From: Vicugna vicugna
Lineage: Eukaryota
Direction of reading: 5' to 3'
DNA: 64,000 nt
Assembly (NCBI GenBank): GCA_013265495.1
Contig: MU058059.1
Location: 1,897,502 to 1,961,501 of the forward strand
The notes below the pieces were generated by a model. The model did not search any database. It saw only the letters and a list, made by a program, of their open reading frames with translations, and was not told the origin of the DNA. A program made the position numbers and the translations under genes. Shown here in pieces: positions 24,925-37,266 of this stretch (positions are counted from its first letter, which is position 1; every line of letters starts with the position of its first letter).

Positions 24925-25035
24925 AAATGGGGCAAAGATTAACACCAGGAGAAGCTGGATAAAGGGTATATGTGTTCTTTTTACTCTTCTTGCAAATTCT
25001 GGCAAGTTTGAAATTACTTCGAAATAAAGTTATTT
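24925..25035 (+). mobile_element. Old L1 (L1MC/ME-like) 3' tail
   Basis: gaagctggataaagggtatatg..tttgaaattacttcgaaataaag. Confidence 0.5.
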
Positions 25036-25833
25036 TTAAGTGTTTGATCAGCATATACCACGTATCCTTAAAAATAAAGAAAAGAAAGAGACTTCCAGAT
25101 CAGAAAATCCTGCGTTGACTTAACTCAATCCAGACTGCCCCAGGGCCAGCCCCCCCCCCCAAGTAATTCTCATGCTTATGAGGTGAGCCAGCAGACAGAG
25201 AACTTGTGAGATGTTTGGGTATCTTGTAAGACTTTTAAAAATTCTTACTAAGAAAAAAGGTTGAAAGAATGTAAAATAAATAATGTGCCCGCAGCACGAC
25301 TTGCTTGTCTTGTACTTTTTTAAAGTTACCCTATTTAAAATTTTAATGAATACTGCATTTCCAAACCATCAATATTAAAGTGATCTATTTTAGAATGCTT
25401 ATTGCCTCACAAGGGAAGATTTCTTTAATTTCCAAGCAAGACTTCTTTAATTTCCCACATTTCTAATGAATGCAGCATTTCCCCGTAAAGGAACATCCCA
25501 GCTTCTTTACTTGCTGGCTTCTTTGAATGACCCTTCTTTTATCTAGGGATGTATCAAGCCCATTTTCAGAGTAAGCAGTTAATATGGTAGCACAGAGAAT
25601 CTAAGGCTTTTGTTTTTCAGAAAATTCTACTACGTCAGTGCAGGTGTTTTGAAGTTACAAAACACAGTGATCTCTACCTCCAAACCATTTTCTCTGCAAG
25701 TGAAAACTGTCAGTCTTGGTCTCCTTTCGGGTGAGGGCTCACCGACAGGCCTCAGGCAGCCTCCCTCACATTCCTATGTGAGGGCTTTGCAATGAGAAGA
25801 CGTTAGTTAAATCAAGAACCCCTTTCCGCTTAC

Positions 25834-25950
25834 CTCCAGGAATGGCTCTAAGTGTCAAGAGGGACTCACTGGTCTGCCTTGTAACTTTACCAGCATTCTC
25901 TTGAAATCTGTTTGCAGTACTTTTCAGTTCGCTCAGTTCTAGTGTGATAC
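25834..25950 (-). CDS. LAMA1: LAMA1 exon ~42 (coiled coil)
   Basis: 117 nt, tag|..|gtaag; ITLELSELKSTANRFQENAGKVTRQTSESLLTLRAIPG. Confidence 0.93.
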
Positions 25951-27465
25951 CTATTCAAAGGAGAAAAAGTGTTCTCTTTGAGGCCAGCCCTGAAGTTACC
26001 TAGATGACAGTTTTCTCTGTCACTCCTGACCCATCTATGAAAGCGGCAGCTTCCTCCAGAGACCCCGGATATTGAAAGTTTTTCCAGCAAGACTTAGCAC
26101 CACTCATCACAGAAATTGTGTCTTTAGCTTGCTTGATCACTTTTTCTTCTTTGTTTCCCGTCTCAATATTTCTTCTTAAATTGCAAGTCCGATTTTATTA
26201 GAGCTCTAGGGTGAAGAATTGGGTTTCAATCATTTGTTCTTAATCAGACTCATTAGCTTCCTGGCCACACCTAACCTGGCCACCTTTGTCCCCTAGGCTG
26301 TAAAACCCCAGACGCGGGCTCCTGCTTGGGAATCTTGCCCTCAGCCTCCCGCCTGCTTCCCAGCCAGGGCCCGCCCCTCCTTCCTGGCCCCTCCTCACTG
26401 CCCAGCAGGCACTCAGCTCAGCTCCTTCAAGTGGAGCAGAGCTGCTGGATCAAAGCTTTTACTTTTAAAATTGCTGTTCACGATATGCAATCACACTTGG
26501 ATTCTGAACACTTGGTTAAAAATTATTGATAAAATCCTTTTGGAACATGATGGTTCTGCCTAAAATTTTAAGTGCCAGAAAGTTCACTATTTTGAGGTCT
26601 GTGAAATACCTTTAGTTGTGTAAACTAAAGCCACAGCCTGTCAAGTCTTTATGATGGAGAATCAGGGACCTTTTATACCGTGAGATGACACATACTCAAA
26701 ATTGTGTCACTCACAGAGAAACAAAAAATACGCACTATCCAAGCCCACACATCCGACAGCTGTGGAAGACGGACCCAGGACTGGGCATGGAAGGAGTCGT
26801 GGGGGATGAGCTTTGTTTATGGCCCACTGTTTACTCCTACAGGAGGGGGCACTATTTCTGATGTATTAGTGTATATTAAGTTGATAGGTAAACTGTGTTA
26901 TAAAACTTGTATGTTCCTGTTGCAGAACAGATCCCCCTGCCATTTTGTGTTATACTTACTGGAGAGCTCTCACATACGCCAAAAAATTGCTCACTGAAAC
27001 TCTTAGGAAAAACAAAACTGCATAGGTATTTTTTAAAACTAGATAAATCATTATGATTTAATTCAGTAAGTGTTTAGTGAGAACCTCTCATGAGCCTAAC
27101 ATTCCATTAGGCCTGTGAAGAAGGCAAAAGAAGTATCAAACAGAATATGACTCTTCTAGAACCTGGGAAACATTGAGAGACGAAGAGAGCAGCCCACGAC
27201 ATCACAGCCAACCTGGCCGGCGCCGGGAGGGACCACACGGGTGCCAGGAGGGCGCAGGGCCAGCGAAGCCCCAACGAGCCTGTGGAAGGCTGAAGGCGCG
27301 GCGCAGCACAGTCAGGGGTCGCTAAAAGTCGTATGATGTTTCTGTGATAGGAAATTAGAATATGGCTGTCACAAAGAGATGTGAAGCTTCAGATTGCTCC
27401 AGGAAAGGAGAATGTTCTGGAAGTGGCTCAGAGGTGTGCTTATCCACAGTCCAGCCGGAACTGAC

Positions 27466-27559
27466 CTTGGTGCCTCCTGCTCAGGCTGTCGCCTTCTTCG
27501 AGGAGCTCAGCACTGCGCTGGAAAGCCGCTCTCCCGTTAGAAAGCAGGGCCCCTGAGAC
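27466..27559 (-). CDS. LAMA1: LAMA1 exon ~41 (coiled coil)
   Basis: 94 nt, cag|..|gtcag; VSGALLSNGRAAFQRSAELLEEGDSLSRRHQ. Confidence 0.9.
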
Positions 27560-28098
27560 CTGTGAGACAGGACAGCTTAAACACGGCTTCTGGGGGGCAA
27601 GGCGGAGTCCTGCTGGGGGTGCAGAAAGCTCCATCCAGACTGCCTCCGGTGCAGTGCGGAACCAGTGACAGCTGGGCTCAGTGTCAGCTGTCCTATTTTA
27701 TGTGTAGTTTATGTTCTAATTTATGGCTGAAGAGAAAGAACACAGCTGTTTTTAAATATATAAACACAAAAACCAGCCATGAAATGGACACCTTTGCCAC
27801 AAGTAAGAAAAGATGTCTCAAGTAGATATCAAATAGCATTACCATTTTTGTTCTAAGAAACTGAGATTTTCCCCATTTACATCACGAGTCCCTAGTTTTT
27901 ATAAAGAATTATTTGTAACTTAGGAAATGAAAACTTACATCACAGGATGACAGAGCCTTAAACTGATCCCACCAGAAAAGAATGTTGACCAGCATAAGTT
28001 TAAGCCACTGCATCTCTGCTCAAGCACCTTCTGGAGGATCACTCTCCCGCAGTGCCCGGAAAAGGCAGGGACACACAAAGCCAGGGGGCATTTCTTAC

Positions 28099-28234
28099 CG
28101 TGTGAGCCTTGCTCACAGTCCCAAGAGCATCTTTTGCCAACTTCTCTGACTCTTCAATCAGACTCTGGATGTTGGAACCGACATGGGTTGCACTGGTCGC
28201 ATTCAGGGACACGTGTCTAACATTTCCAAGGCCA
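28099..28234 (-). CDS. LAMA1: LAMA1 exon ~40 (coiled coil)
   Basis: 136 nt, tag|..|gtaag; GLGNVRHVSLNATSATHVGSNIQSLIEESEKLAKDALGTVSKAHT. Confidence 0.92.
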
Positions 28235-29424
28235 CTATGAAATCAGCATGTTTAGAGATGCTATGATAAACTGAATTGAACTTGGCCACCATTCTTAAAA
28301 GCCTCCCAGTTTCCTTCCCCTTAGAGAAGCATCCTCAAGAAGAACCATGGTTCCACGTCAACGTACGGATTCCCCTCTGACTCTAAACGTCACCTTAAGA
28401 AGCACCTTAAGAAGCAGTAGCCACACTGTCAGAATGACACAGAACCGCTGTTTAATCAGTACCCAGAGAAGAGATGATTGCTGTTTCGTCTTTTTGTTTT
28501 AAACCATCCATCGGTTTCCGCCAGCTGCCCTCAGCATTCTTTGGCCTCTGTTCAAAGCCCCTGCATGTGTCTGGGGCGCCACCGCGTGTTCACAGCAGTT
28601 GTAATCTCTCCTGCTACGTGCTTGTTAATTTAAAAAAAGCTTTCCTAAGCATAGCTAGGAATGCCGAATCCTATTCCTCAGATGGAGCACACCAATTTGA
28701 TGAAACTCACTAGAGGTTTTGGAGGAGGATCAGATAATATTTCAGTCATCTGAACTTCACTCTCATAAGTGGGCAAATCACTGAGGAACTCGCCAGCTGG
28801 TAATGGTGCGGTTTCATCCAGCTCACTCTAGCTTCAAAATGAAATCCGACAATTGACACAGCTTTGCCCGCTGAGTAACCTACTTCATTTTCTCCCCGAG
28901 GTTACTGAGTTGGGTGATTCCCAAAGCAGACGTCAGCCGTTACTACTTGTTACTACTTGACTGGCAAAATTCAGTGACTTATAACTAAAAGATGATAATG
29001 TTATTTACTTTTGTGTATCAGACCAAACTGCTTTTACTCCATATACTAAGCAATAAAGATTCTGTTGTAGCCATGCATGGAGTCAGAACACTGTTTTCTC
29101 TCTGGGGAAATGAAAGATGAGGGAAGGAAAAGAACTGAGAATCTAACTCCATTTTCTGCTCCCAGCTCCGATCAGATGCAGGTGGTAGGGCTCAGCGCAG
29201 CCCATAACGTACGCGGTGGTCCATTATGTCACACGTTTCTCATTGCGTGAGATGATCTTTTACAGCAGCGTTCCTCAAATTGGAAAATATTTTTCTCCTT
29301 CCAACACAGAAACACACATATTCCCACTCTGTCTGGACTTTTTCCTCGCATAATTCATAACAGATTCTAAAGTAATAAATTTACAACTAACTCACAATAT
29401 TGTATAAATTACTGTTAAGTCCTA

Positions 29425-29605
29425 AAACCGTGATTCCCTCATTTGCTGCACATTAGATCACCTGGGGAATCTTTCAAAAAAATAAAAGCACAGGCCACAT
29501 CCCATAGTCTTTGGGGGATGGGAGTTGGTGGGGAGGGGACACTGGCATCAGTACCCTGAAGGTCCCTTGGCTGTTCCTGCACACAGTTTGGGAACCACTG
29601 GCCTC
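29425..29605. mobile_element. MER5-like hAT DNA transposon remnant
   Basis: gctgcacattagatcacctgggga..tttgggaaccactgg. Confidence 0.55.
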
Positions 29606-30146
29606 AAGTTGTGCAGCTCATGTGAAGGCAAACTGCAGACATATTTGACAAATACCCAAAAATAGACGTTAAAATAATGACAGTACAAATGGCAGACCTT
29701 CAGGCAGGAGGAAATAATGGAGAGGATGTCTTTCAGAGTTGGAAAAAAGATTCCCAACACTTGTAGTAGTCCAGGGCGGGCAGCCACAATCTCTGTCCAC
29801 GCATTAAACCAGCCTAATCACAAGCTCCAAGGCGGCAAGATGTGTAAAGAAATTAATACCTGGTTCTGTCCATATACAACCTAATAATAAAGGCCTCAGC
29901 GGCTTGGTATGGTAGCATGGTATTTGTTCTAATTCCTATCTGGTTCAGTTTGTATTTTTCCATCACGCATTCATGTTGATGGTCAATTATTTCCATGGCA
30001 AGGAAATCCTGCTTGCTATGGAAATAAAAGAGAAGTCTTCATTTTTAGACAAAAAAGAATGACTCAACACTGATCAAAACAGCCGCACTGATTCTCTCTG
30101 ATCCACGCGTCACAGGCTGCAGGATTCTCGCAAGGTGTGATCTCAC

Positions 30147-30310
30147 CTGTCCAGGGCGCTGGCCAGTGTCTGGAGCTCAGCCGCACGGCCCTCTGCTCTG
30201 TAGACCAGGTCCAGAGCCGCCCTCTTGGACATCTGCATGACCAGGGCGTCCACGTGGCGCCTGACTTGGGCGGTCCACAGAAGCAGCTCATCCCGGTGCC
30301 GCTCCAGCTG
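30147..30310 (-). CDS. LAMA1: LAMA1 exon ~39 (coiled coil)
   Basis: 164 nt, tag|CAG..|gtgag; QLERHRDELLLWTAQVRRHVDALVMQMSKRAALDLVYRAEGRAAELQTLASALD. Confidence 0.92.
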
Positions 30311-30349
30311 CTACACAGAGAAGCCGACACTGAAACCCCGTGCCCTATT

Positions 30350-30830
30350 GAACGACGTGTGCGCGCGCTGAGGGGTGGGAGGCGCCTTTGGAAATGGGGG
30401 CGCTTTGCCGGGCTGAGCTGGGACTCACCGCTAGAGCCTCTCCCGCGGCCCCTGCGCGCGCGGCCGCGGCGCCCAGCAGCGCCCTCCCCGCGGCCGAGAG
30501 CGCCGATGTCAGGTTCTGGTCCTCTTGAACGCGCAGCTTCTGATCCTGCAGGCGGAAATCACCCCTAAGGATGCTTCCCAAAAGCAAGTCGCCTTCCTGA
30601 CCGCGGCGCCTGACACTGCCGAGTGGGCACTCGGGCTCGTGTTTTGAGCGCTAAGAACGCTACCACTTACACGGGGCACCCGGCCCGCTCCAACAGGGCG
30701 GGAGCCCGCGACTCACGTTGAGCTCCCGCAGGTTGGCGCCGACGACCCGCAGCAGGCGACCGCTCTCCTGCGCCTTCGCCTCTGCCGCCCGCACCAGCTC
30801 CGCGGCCGCCCGCACCTCACTGTGGTGTTT
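30350..30830. promoter_or_regulatory. Intragenic CpG island over exon 37 (3' half), exon 38 and flanking introns
   Basis: Dense CpG (gcgcgcgcggccgcggcg); exon 38 is 87/117 = 74% GC by hand count. Confidence 0.75.
30429..30545 (-). CDS. LAMA1: LAMA1 exon ~38 (coiled coil)
   Basis: 117 nt, cag|..|gtgag; DQKLRVQEDQNLTSALSAAGRALLGAAAARAGAAGEALA. Confidence 0.92.
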
Positions 30831-30927
30831 CGAGAGGAGGCTGTTTGCTGCTGCTTTCACCACCTCCAACTCTTCCTGTGGCTTCTGGTAATTTGTCTGA
30901 ATCTGTGACAATAAATTCTCAGCAGCC
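30717..30927 (-). CDS. LAMA1: LAMA1 exon ~37 (coiled coil)
   Basis: 211 nt, cag|..|gtgag; AAENLLSQIQTNYQKPQEELEVVKAAANSLLSKHHSEVRAAAELVRAAEAKAQESGRLLRVVGANLRELN. Confidence 0.94.
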
Positions 30928-31889
30928 CTGGTAAAATAATAGGCGGTTCACATGTAAAAACTAAACAACTAAGCTCGTATCACTGAAATGATCGTGGAAG
31001 GAACGTTCACACATCCATCCTGAGCCGCTGCTTCATGTCCTAAGACACATCGTAATCGCTTTTTCTAAGACACCTCTAGGCATGACAGATTCACACTGTA
31101 TCCCTGAACTCTGTCTGCAAACTTCCTAACACATTGTACACTAAGGGGGTTAACAGAAGCCATCTCAGTGAAGCTGGATTCAAAATTGGGACCACACTCT
31201 GAATGATGGCCACTACAGCCTTTTATTATAAATAGAGCCAGAAACTGAAGAAGGAAAACTGTTCAGTGATTTGCTCTCAAGTTACCAACGCAGTTATACA
31301 CTATAAAGAGTTTTCTGCAGCTAGTTATGAAACAGATTTTATAAAAAACTTTCAAATCCAAATTGCCAGAAAGATAATTTGTACCATTGATAAAAGCAAG
31401 CTTTAGGAAATCAAAAGGTATTTTCCCCATATTCTTTTATAAATGTGCTATCAAATTGCTTATTTAAATCAATTTTGAACTTAAAGTTATCTAGAATAAA
31501 ATTTTCACGCTACAAATCTTTACAGTGGTTCAGTACATCCTATTAACTTCTTGCTTCAATTTGTCAAGAGGACTTTGAAAAATTTCATGGAAAATATCTT
31601 GTAAATCACCCTCAGCTTTCACAGATTATCAGATTGCTGGGCTGAAACACCACCAAAAACCCATTTTCCAATGATACATATTTGAATGCTGACATCATTA
31701 GAACATCATCAGGGATTATTTGAACATTCTTATCATTTTTAAAGATTAAAAAAAAAGACAGCAAGATGATGCATTATGATACAGACAATAAGAACTAAAA
31801 AAAGTATATGGGGAACACACAAGGAAACCCAGAATATTTCTAACATCTGGCCGTGAATCTGTTACTTCATATTGTTAAAGAAGGTATCT

Positions 31890-34557
31890 AAAAACAACTA
31901 TATGGAGACAAAGTGAACAACCTGTAAGAAATGGACAAGTTTCTGGAAACATGCAGACCACCAAGACTGAATCAAGAAGAAATAGACCACTTGAACACAC
32001 CAATCAATAGAAATGAAACAGAATTAGCAATTTAAAAAGACCTCCCTACAAGCAAAAGTCCTGGACCAGATGACTTCACTGGGGAATCCTACCAAACATA
32101 CAAAGAACTCATACCGATCCTTCTCAAACGCTTCCAAAAGGTTGAAAAGGAGGGAATACTCCCAAACTCATTCTGTTAAGCCACCATCACCCTGATACCA
32201 AAACCAAAGACACTACCAAGAAAGAACATTACAGGCCAAGATCACTGGTGAACATAGATGCCAAAATCCTCAACAGAATATTAGCAAACAGAATCCAACA
32301 GCACATAAATAAGATCATATGCCATGACCAAGATGGATTCAGGGACACGAGGATGGTTCAATATATGCAAATCAATCAACGTGATACATACACCACATCC
32401 ACAAGAGAAAGGACATAAACCACATGATCATCTCAATAGATGCAGAGAAAGCATTTGATAAAATTCGACACCCATTTATGGTAAAAACTCTTATCAAAGT
32501 GGGTATAGAGGGAACATATCTCAACATAAAAGCTATTTATGACAAATCCACAGCCAGCATAGTACTCAGCAGTGAAAGGCTGAAAGGCTTCCTGCTAAAA
32601 TCTGGAACAAGACAAGGCTGCCCACTCTCAACACTTCTATTCAACATAGTCTTGGAAGTTCTAGCCACTGCAGTCAGGCAAGAGAAAGAAATAAAAGGGA
32701 TCCAAATTGGAAGAGAAGAGGTAAACCTGTAACCATATGGGGATGACATGACAGTATAAATAAAACAGCCTAAACGTTCCACACAGAAATGACTGGAGCT
32801 GATAGAAGAATTGGGCAAGGTAGCAGGATACAGGACTCACGTACAAATGGAAGAATCAGTATCGTTAAAATGGCCAGTACTGCCCAAGGCAATCTAGAGA
32901 TTTAATGAGATCCCTATCAAATTCCCCAGGACATTTTTCATAGAACTAGAACAAATAATCCTAAAATGTATATTGAATCACAAAAGACCCAGAATTGCCA
33001 AAGCAATACTGAAGAAAAAGAACAAAGCTGGAGTAATAACACTCCTAGCTTTCACACAATACTACAGAGCTACAGTAATCAAAACAGCATGGTATTGGCA
33101 TAAAAATAGACATAAGGATCAATGGAACAAAACAGAGAGCCCAGAAATAAATCTACAGTCAATTAACCTTCAACAAAGGAGGCAAGGATATACAGTGGAG
33201 AAAAGACAGTCTCTTCAGCAAATGGTGTTGGGACAGCAGCATGTAAGTCAGTTAAGTCAGAACACTCCCTCACTCCATACACAAAAATAAACTCAAAATG
33301 ACTTAAAGACTTAAATATAAGGCAAGACGTGATAGACTTTCTAGAAGAAAACATAGGCAAAGAATTCTCTGACATAAATCTCAGCAATGTTCTCCTGGGG
33401 CAGTCTACCCAGGCCATAGAAATAAGAGCAAACATAAACAAATGGGACCTAATTAAACTTACAAGCTTTTGCACAGCAAAGGAAACCATTAGCAAAACAA
33501 AATGACAGCCTTCAGAATGGGAGAAAATATTTGCAAATGATGCAGCTGACAAAGGCTTAATTTCCAGAATATATAAACAACTCATACAACAAAAAACAAA
33601 CAACCCAATCCAAAAATGGACAGAGGATCTAAACAAGCAACTCTCCAATGAAGACAGACATGGTTAACAGACATGAAAAAATGCTCAATATCCCTAATTA
33701 TCAGAGAAATGCAAATCAAAACTACAATGAGGTATCACCTCACACCAGTCAGAATGGCCATCATTCAAAAGCCCAGGAATGATAAACACTGGAGAGGCTG
33801 CTGAGAAAAGGGAACCCTCCTACACTACTGGTGGGAATGCAGTTTGGTGCAGCCATTTGGCAAAACAATATGGAGATGCCTCAGAAAATGAAACAAAGAC
33901 CTACAGTATGATCCAGCAATCCCACTCCCGGTGTCAATCAGGAGGGATCTCTAATTCAAAAAGATACATGCACCCTAATGTTCACAGCAGCACTATTTAC
34001 AGTTGCCAAGACATGCAAGCAACCTAAATGTCCATTGACAGGTGACTGGATAAAAAAGATGTGGTATACTTATACAATGGAATACTACTCAGCCATAAAA
34101 AGAATAAAATACCATTTGCAGCAACATGGATGGACCTATAGATCATTATTCTAAATGAAATAAACCAGAAAGAGAAAGAAAAATACCATATGGTATCACT
34201 CATATGTGGAACCTTAAAAAAAAAAAAGGAAAAAAGCACACTATGAACTAATCTACAGAAGAGAAACAGACTGGCAGACATAGTTAACACTCTTACAGTC
34301 ACCAGGGAAAGGGGGTGGGAAGGGATAAATTTGGGAGTTTGAGATTTGCAAATGTTAGCCAGTATACATAGAAATAGATTTAAAAAAACAAGTTTCTTCT
34401 GTGTAGCACAGGGAACTATGTTCAATATCTTGTAATAACCTTTAATGAAAGTATGAAAACGAATGTATGTATATGCATGACTGGGACACTGTGCAGTACA
34501 CCAGAAATGGACACATTGTAACTGACTTCATTGTAACTGACTGTACTTCAGTTTTAA
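31890..34557 (+). mobile_element. 5'-truncated L1 (~2.7 kb; degenerate ORF2 RT region plus 3'UTR), antisense to LAMA1
   Basis: ORF2 peptides [35 protein letters not shown] and [23 protein letters not shown]; multiple stops and frameshifts; candidate TSD 31877-31889 / 34558-34570. Confidence 0.96.
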
Positions 34558-35611
34558 AAAAAAGGTTTCTTAAGAAATTTAAAATAGAGGTCAAATTTTC
34601 ATCTGTGGAATAACTTTACCATCTAAACTGCGATCAGATGAAATGATACTGTGTTCAGTGAGTCAAAAAAGACTAAGAAGAAAAAACTCAGCACTCTTCG
34701 TCAGCTTCTCCCTGCAAAGCTCAGTTTCTGTTCTAGTTCTGTTATCAGTCCTCTCTCCAAATCTCACGCTACAGTACGTTCCTCCTTTTGTTTGTCACCG
34801 AATCAGCAGCATCAAAAACCCTGTTCGGTGGTGGACGAGGTGTGAGCTCGGCTCTAGCGCTCTGCCGGCAGAAGTGGAGGCTGTTTTAAAAAACCTTCTA
34901 GAAAATAATCTGCAGATGTGAGTCAGGCATCCTCAGAATGCAAACTCTGGCGAAATGATTTCACTTCTTAATAGCCACCCTGATGATAATAATGTGAAAA
35001 AGATTTTTACCTAAATTGTTTATTACAACATTATTTAAAATAGCAAACTATATTAAAATAGTTGAACTATTTCACTACCAAGACTGGAGTTTTGGTGGGG
35101 CACTGTGTGACAAACCAGTTACTAGATGTGATCGCAGCTGGGCGAGAGGACAGCTTTTCTGTTGCATCAAAACAATTGTGTGAATATACTGAGAAAAAAG
35201 GATGTAAGCATATTACAAGCTCCTGGTGACCACGTGTAACGATTCTTTGTGATCTGTCATTTCATACCAAGGGTTTCGGTGACAGGTGGCATAACTGAGC
35301 TAAATTACCTCGGCACAGTGAGTCTGTCGTGGCGTTCACAGCTTCAGTGGAAGCCACTGTGTTTGCTTCCACGAGAGTTTACTGCCTACACCTGATCCTC
35401 AAAGAGACAGGACCACGAGGTTCTCTGGTTCACACCAGGTGGGGATGCAGTGTCAGGGCCACAGAGGGAAACACTGCCACTGCTCGGTCGGGAGGGGCCG
35501 CACCCACCTCTCCTGCGACGTCTGCCCCACCGACAGCTTGCTGTCCTTCCCTTCTGCTCCCAAGTGCCTGCCTCTCACAGGCTGTGTCATGAATGGTATT
35601 CGGGAACTTAC

Positions 35612-35774
35612 TTGAGTTCAAGGGTGGCATTTTGGTGCAAGTGCAGGAAATGCCTTTTCTGCAGGATTTCCAGCAAAGATGTAATGTTCCTTTGCATATT
35701 CCGAAGAGTAGAACTGGGTAGCTGGACATCTTCATCCAAGGTCTGATTTAGAGTTGTTGCCTTTTCGCTGATTT
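35612..35774 (-). CDS. LAMA1: LAMA1 exon ~36 (coiled coil)
   Basis: 163 nt, tag|..|gtaag; ISEKATTLNQTLDEDVQLPSSTLRNMQRNITSLLEILQKRHFLHLHQNATLEL. Confidence 0.93.
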
Positions 35775-37154
35775 CTATGGAGAAAATTTATCATTTAAAA
35801 AGTCTCTCAAAGTGGACACGACTAAGATGGCAGAACCTTGCTCTGCTCACCTAAACTGGGCTGGACCTCTAGCCAGGCCAGGTCAGCCCGTACATCTCAC
35901 TGCACCCTGGACGTCTCCCGTCAGGACACTCAGGGACCTGGGATTGCTGGTCTAGGTGACGTCCGCTTCCCCAGTGCCCATGAACTCCGTCAGGGCAGGG
36001 CCGTGGCGACCACCCCCTCAGCTGCTCTGCACCTGGTGCGGACGTGTGCACACAGCCGCGCTCAGTAAGGGTTTACTGCACCGGGGAACCCTCGGCACTG
36101 ATGCTCCTCTTTCCTAAAACATCATTAGCTCTAATAACTAACTCCCTTACCCTTTGCCCTGTAAAGTCTGATTTGGAGTCTGTAGTTTTCACGCCATATA
36201 CTATAATCCAAAAGGAAAAGCAAGAATTTCTGGTAGTCAAAAGTTGACAGTAGCATTTAAAAGCAAGATCACCTGGGACGTCCCAGCTGAGTAGTGACCA
36301 ACTTACTCTGATACCAGGACATACTTCGGGACCACACTGAAGCCCCAAATCCCATCAGCTCCTGTTCTGGGCAAAGCAGCGTTGTGGAGAGCTTAGCTAA
36401 GCTACTCCGTGGTACTGCTGCCTGGGTATCCGTTTTGTTTGGCAGCTGGCCTGTAGGGACCTTAACCTGACAGTGGCCCTCGCGCCCTAGACGGCCGCCC
36501 ACCGAGGCAAAGCACATGTAAGTTCTGGATATGACTTCCCCAGTGGCCCTCGTGATGGATGGTCTCTGCTTCCCAGCACCCTCCCCTTATGTGCCCCTTG
36601 GGTAAGACCCCCGGGGGTCACCAAAACCCTGCTCTTCTGCTTTGGATTAAGGAATCCGGCCTTAGCCCAGGAACCCCAAAGCACTCCACCCACAGACCCT
36701 AATAAGGGCCGGTGCGCCAGGCCCCCTCTTTCTCTCTGCCTGCAGCCTGCCTTGACCGCCCCCTCAAGGTGTGCCGGCTACGTCCTCCTGGACCTGGGAG
36801 CGATACGTTCCTCCAGGTCACGCTCTCCTGTGGTCTGCTGTTGGACCTTGGCTCACCATCGGCAAAAGTGTTCCGTTTACTAAGTGTTAATTTGACACAT
36901 TCGTAAGAGATGTGGAGGCGCCAAATCTGCCCAATACTTAGGTCCTAAGTGAAAGGCATAATGTGGAAAATAAAAGATAAAACTCTCAATGAAAGGCAAC
37001 GATCTGGACACATCAGGATCCCCGAACTATGGGAACATCCCAGCCCTCTGACTCCAGGAGTCCAGGGCAGGTCACATGTCTCTTCGTGCGTCAAATACAG
37101 TAGATGGAGCTTTTTCTGCCAAAAAGCCAGACTCCCCAAACGAGAGGACACTAC

Positions 37155-37266
37155 CTTGGATGTCTGTCCGCAGCTTCTCAGTAAACGTCACAAGGTCCCG
37201 ACTCCTGTTCAGGACTCTCTCAGTGGCCCTGCTCACGTGCTGGCTTCGTGCCAACACTCTGTCGAG
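37155..37266 (-). CDS. LAMA1: LAMA1 exon ~35 (coiled coil)
   Basis: 112 nt, cag|..|gtagt; LDRVLARSQHVSRATERVLNRSRDLVTFTEKLRTDIQ. Confidence 0.91.

Noticed and set aside
28391..28416. Short tandem duplications (caccttaagaag x2; also ~25421-25455 and ~28939-28959)
   Set aside because: Ordinary slippage-type duplications with two copies and no spacer array; not CRISPR-like.
32424..33290. Reverse-transcriptase-like ORFs as a novel RT system
   Set aside because: These are fragments of a dead L1 ORF2 with stops, frameshifts and a deletion.
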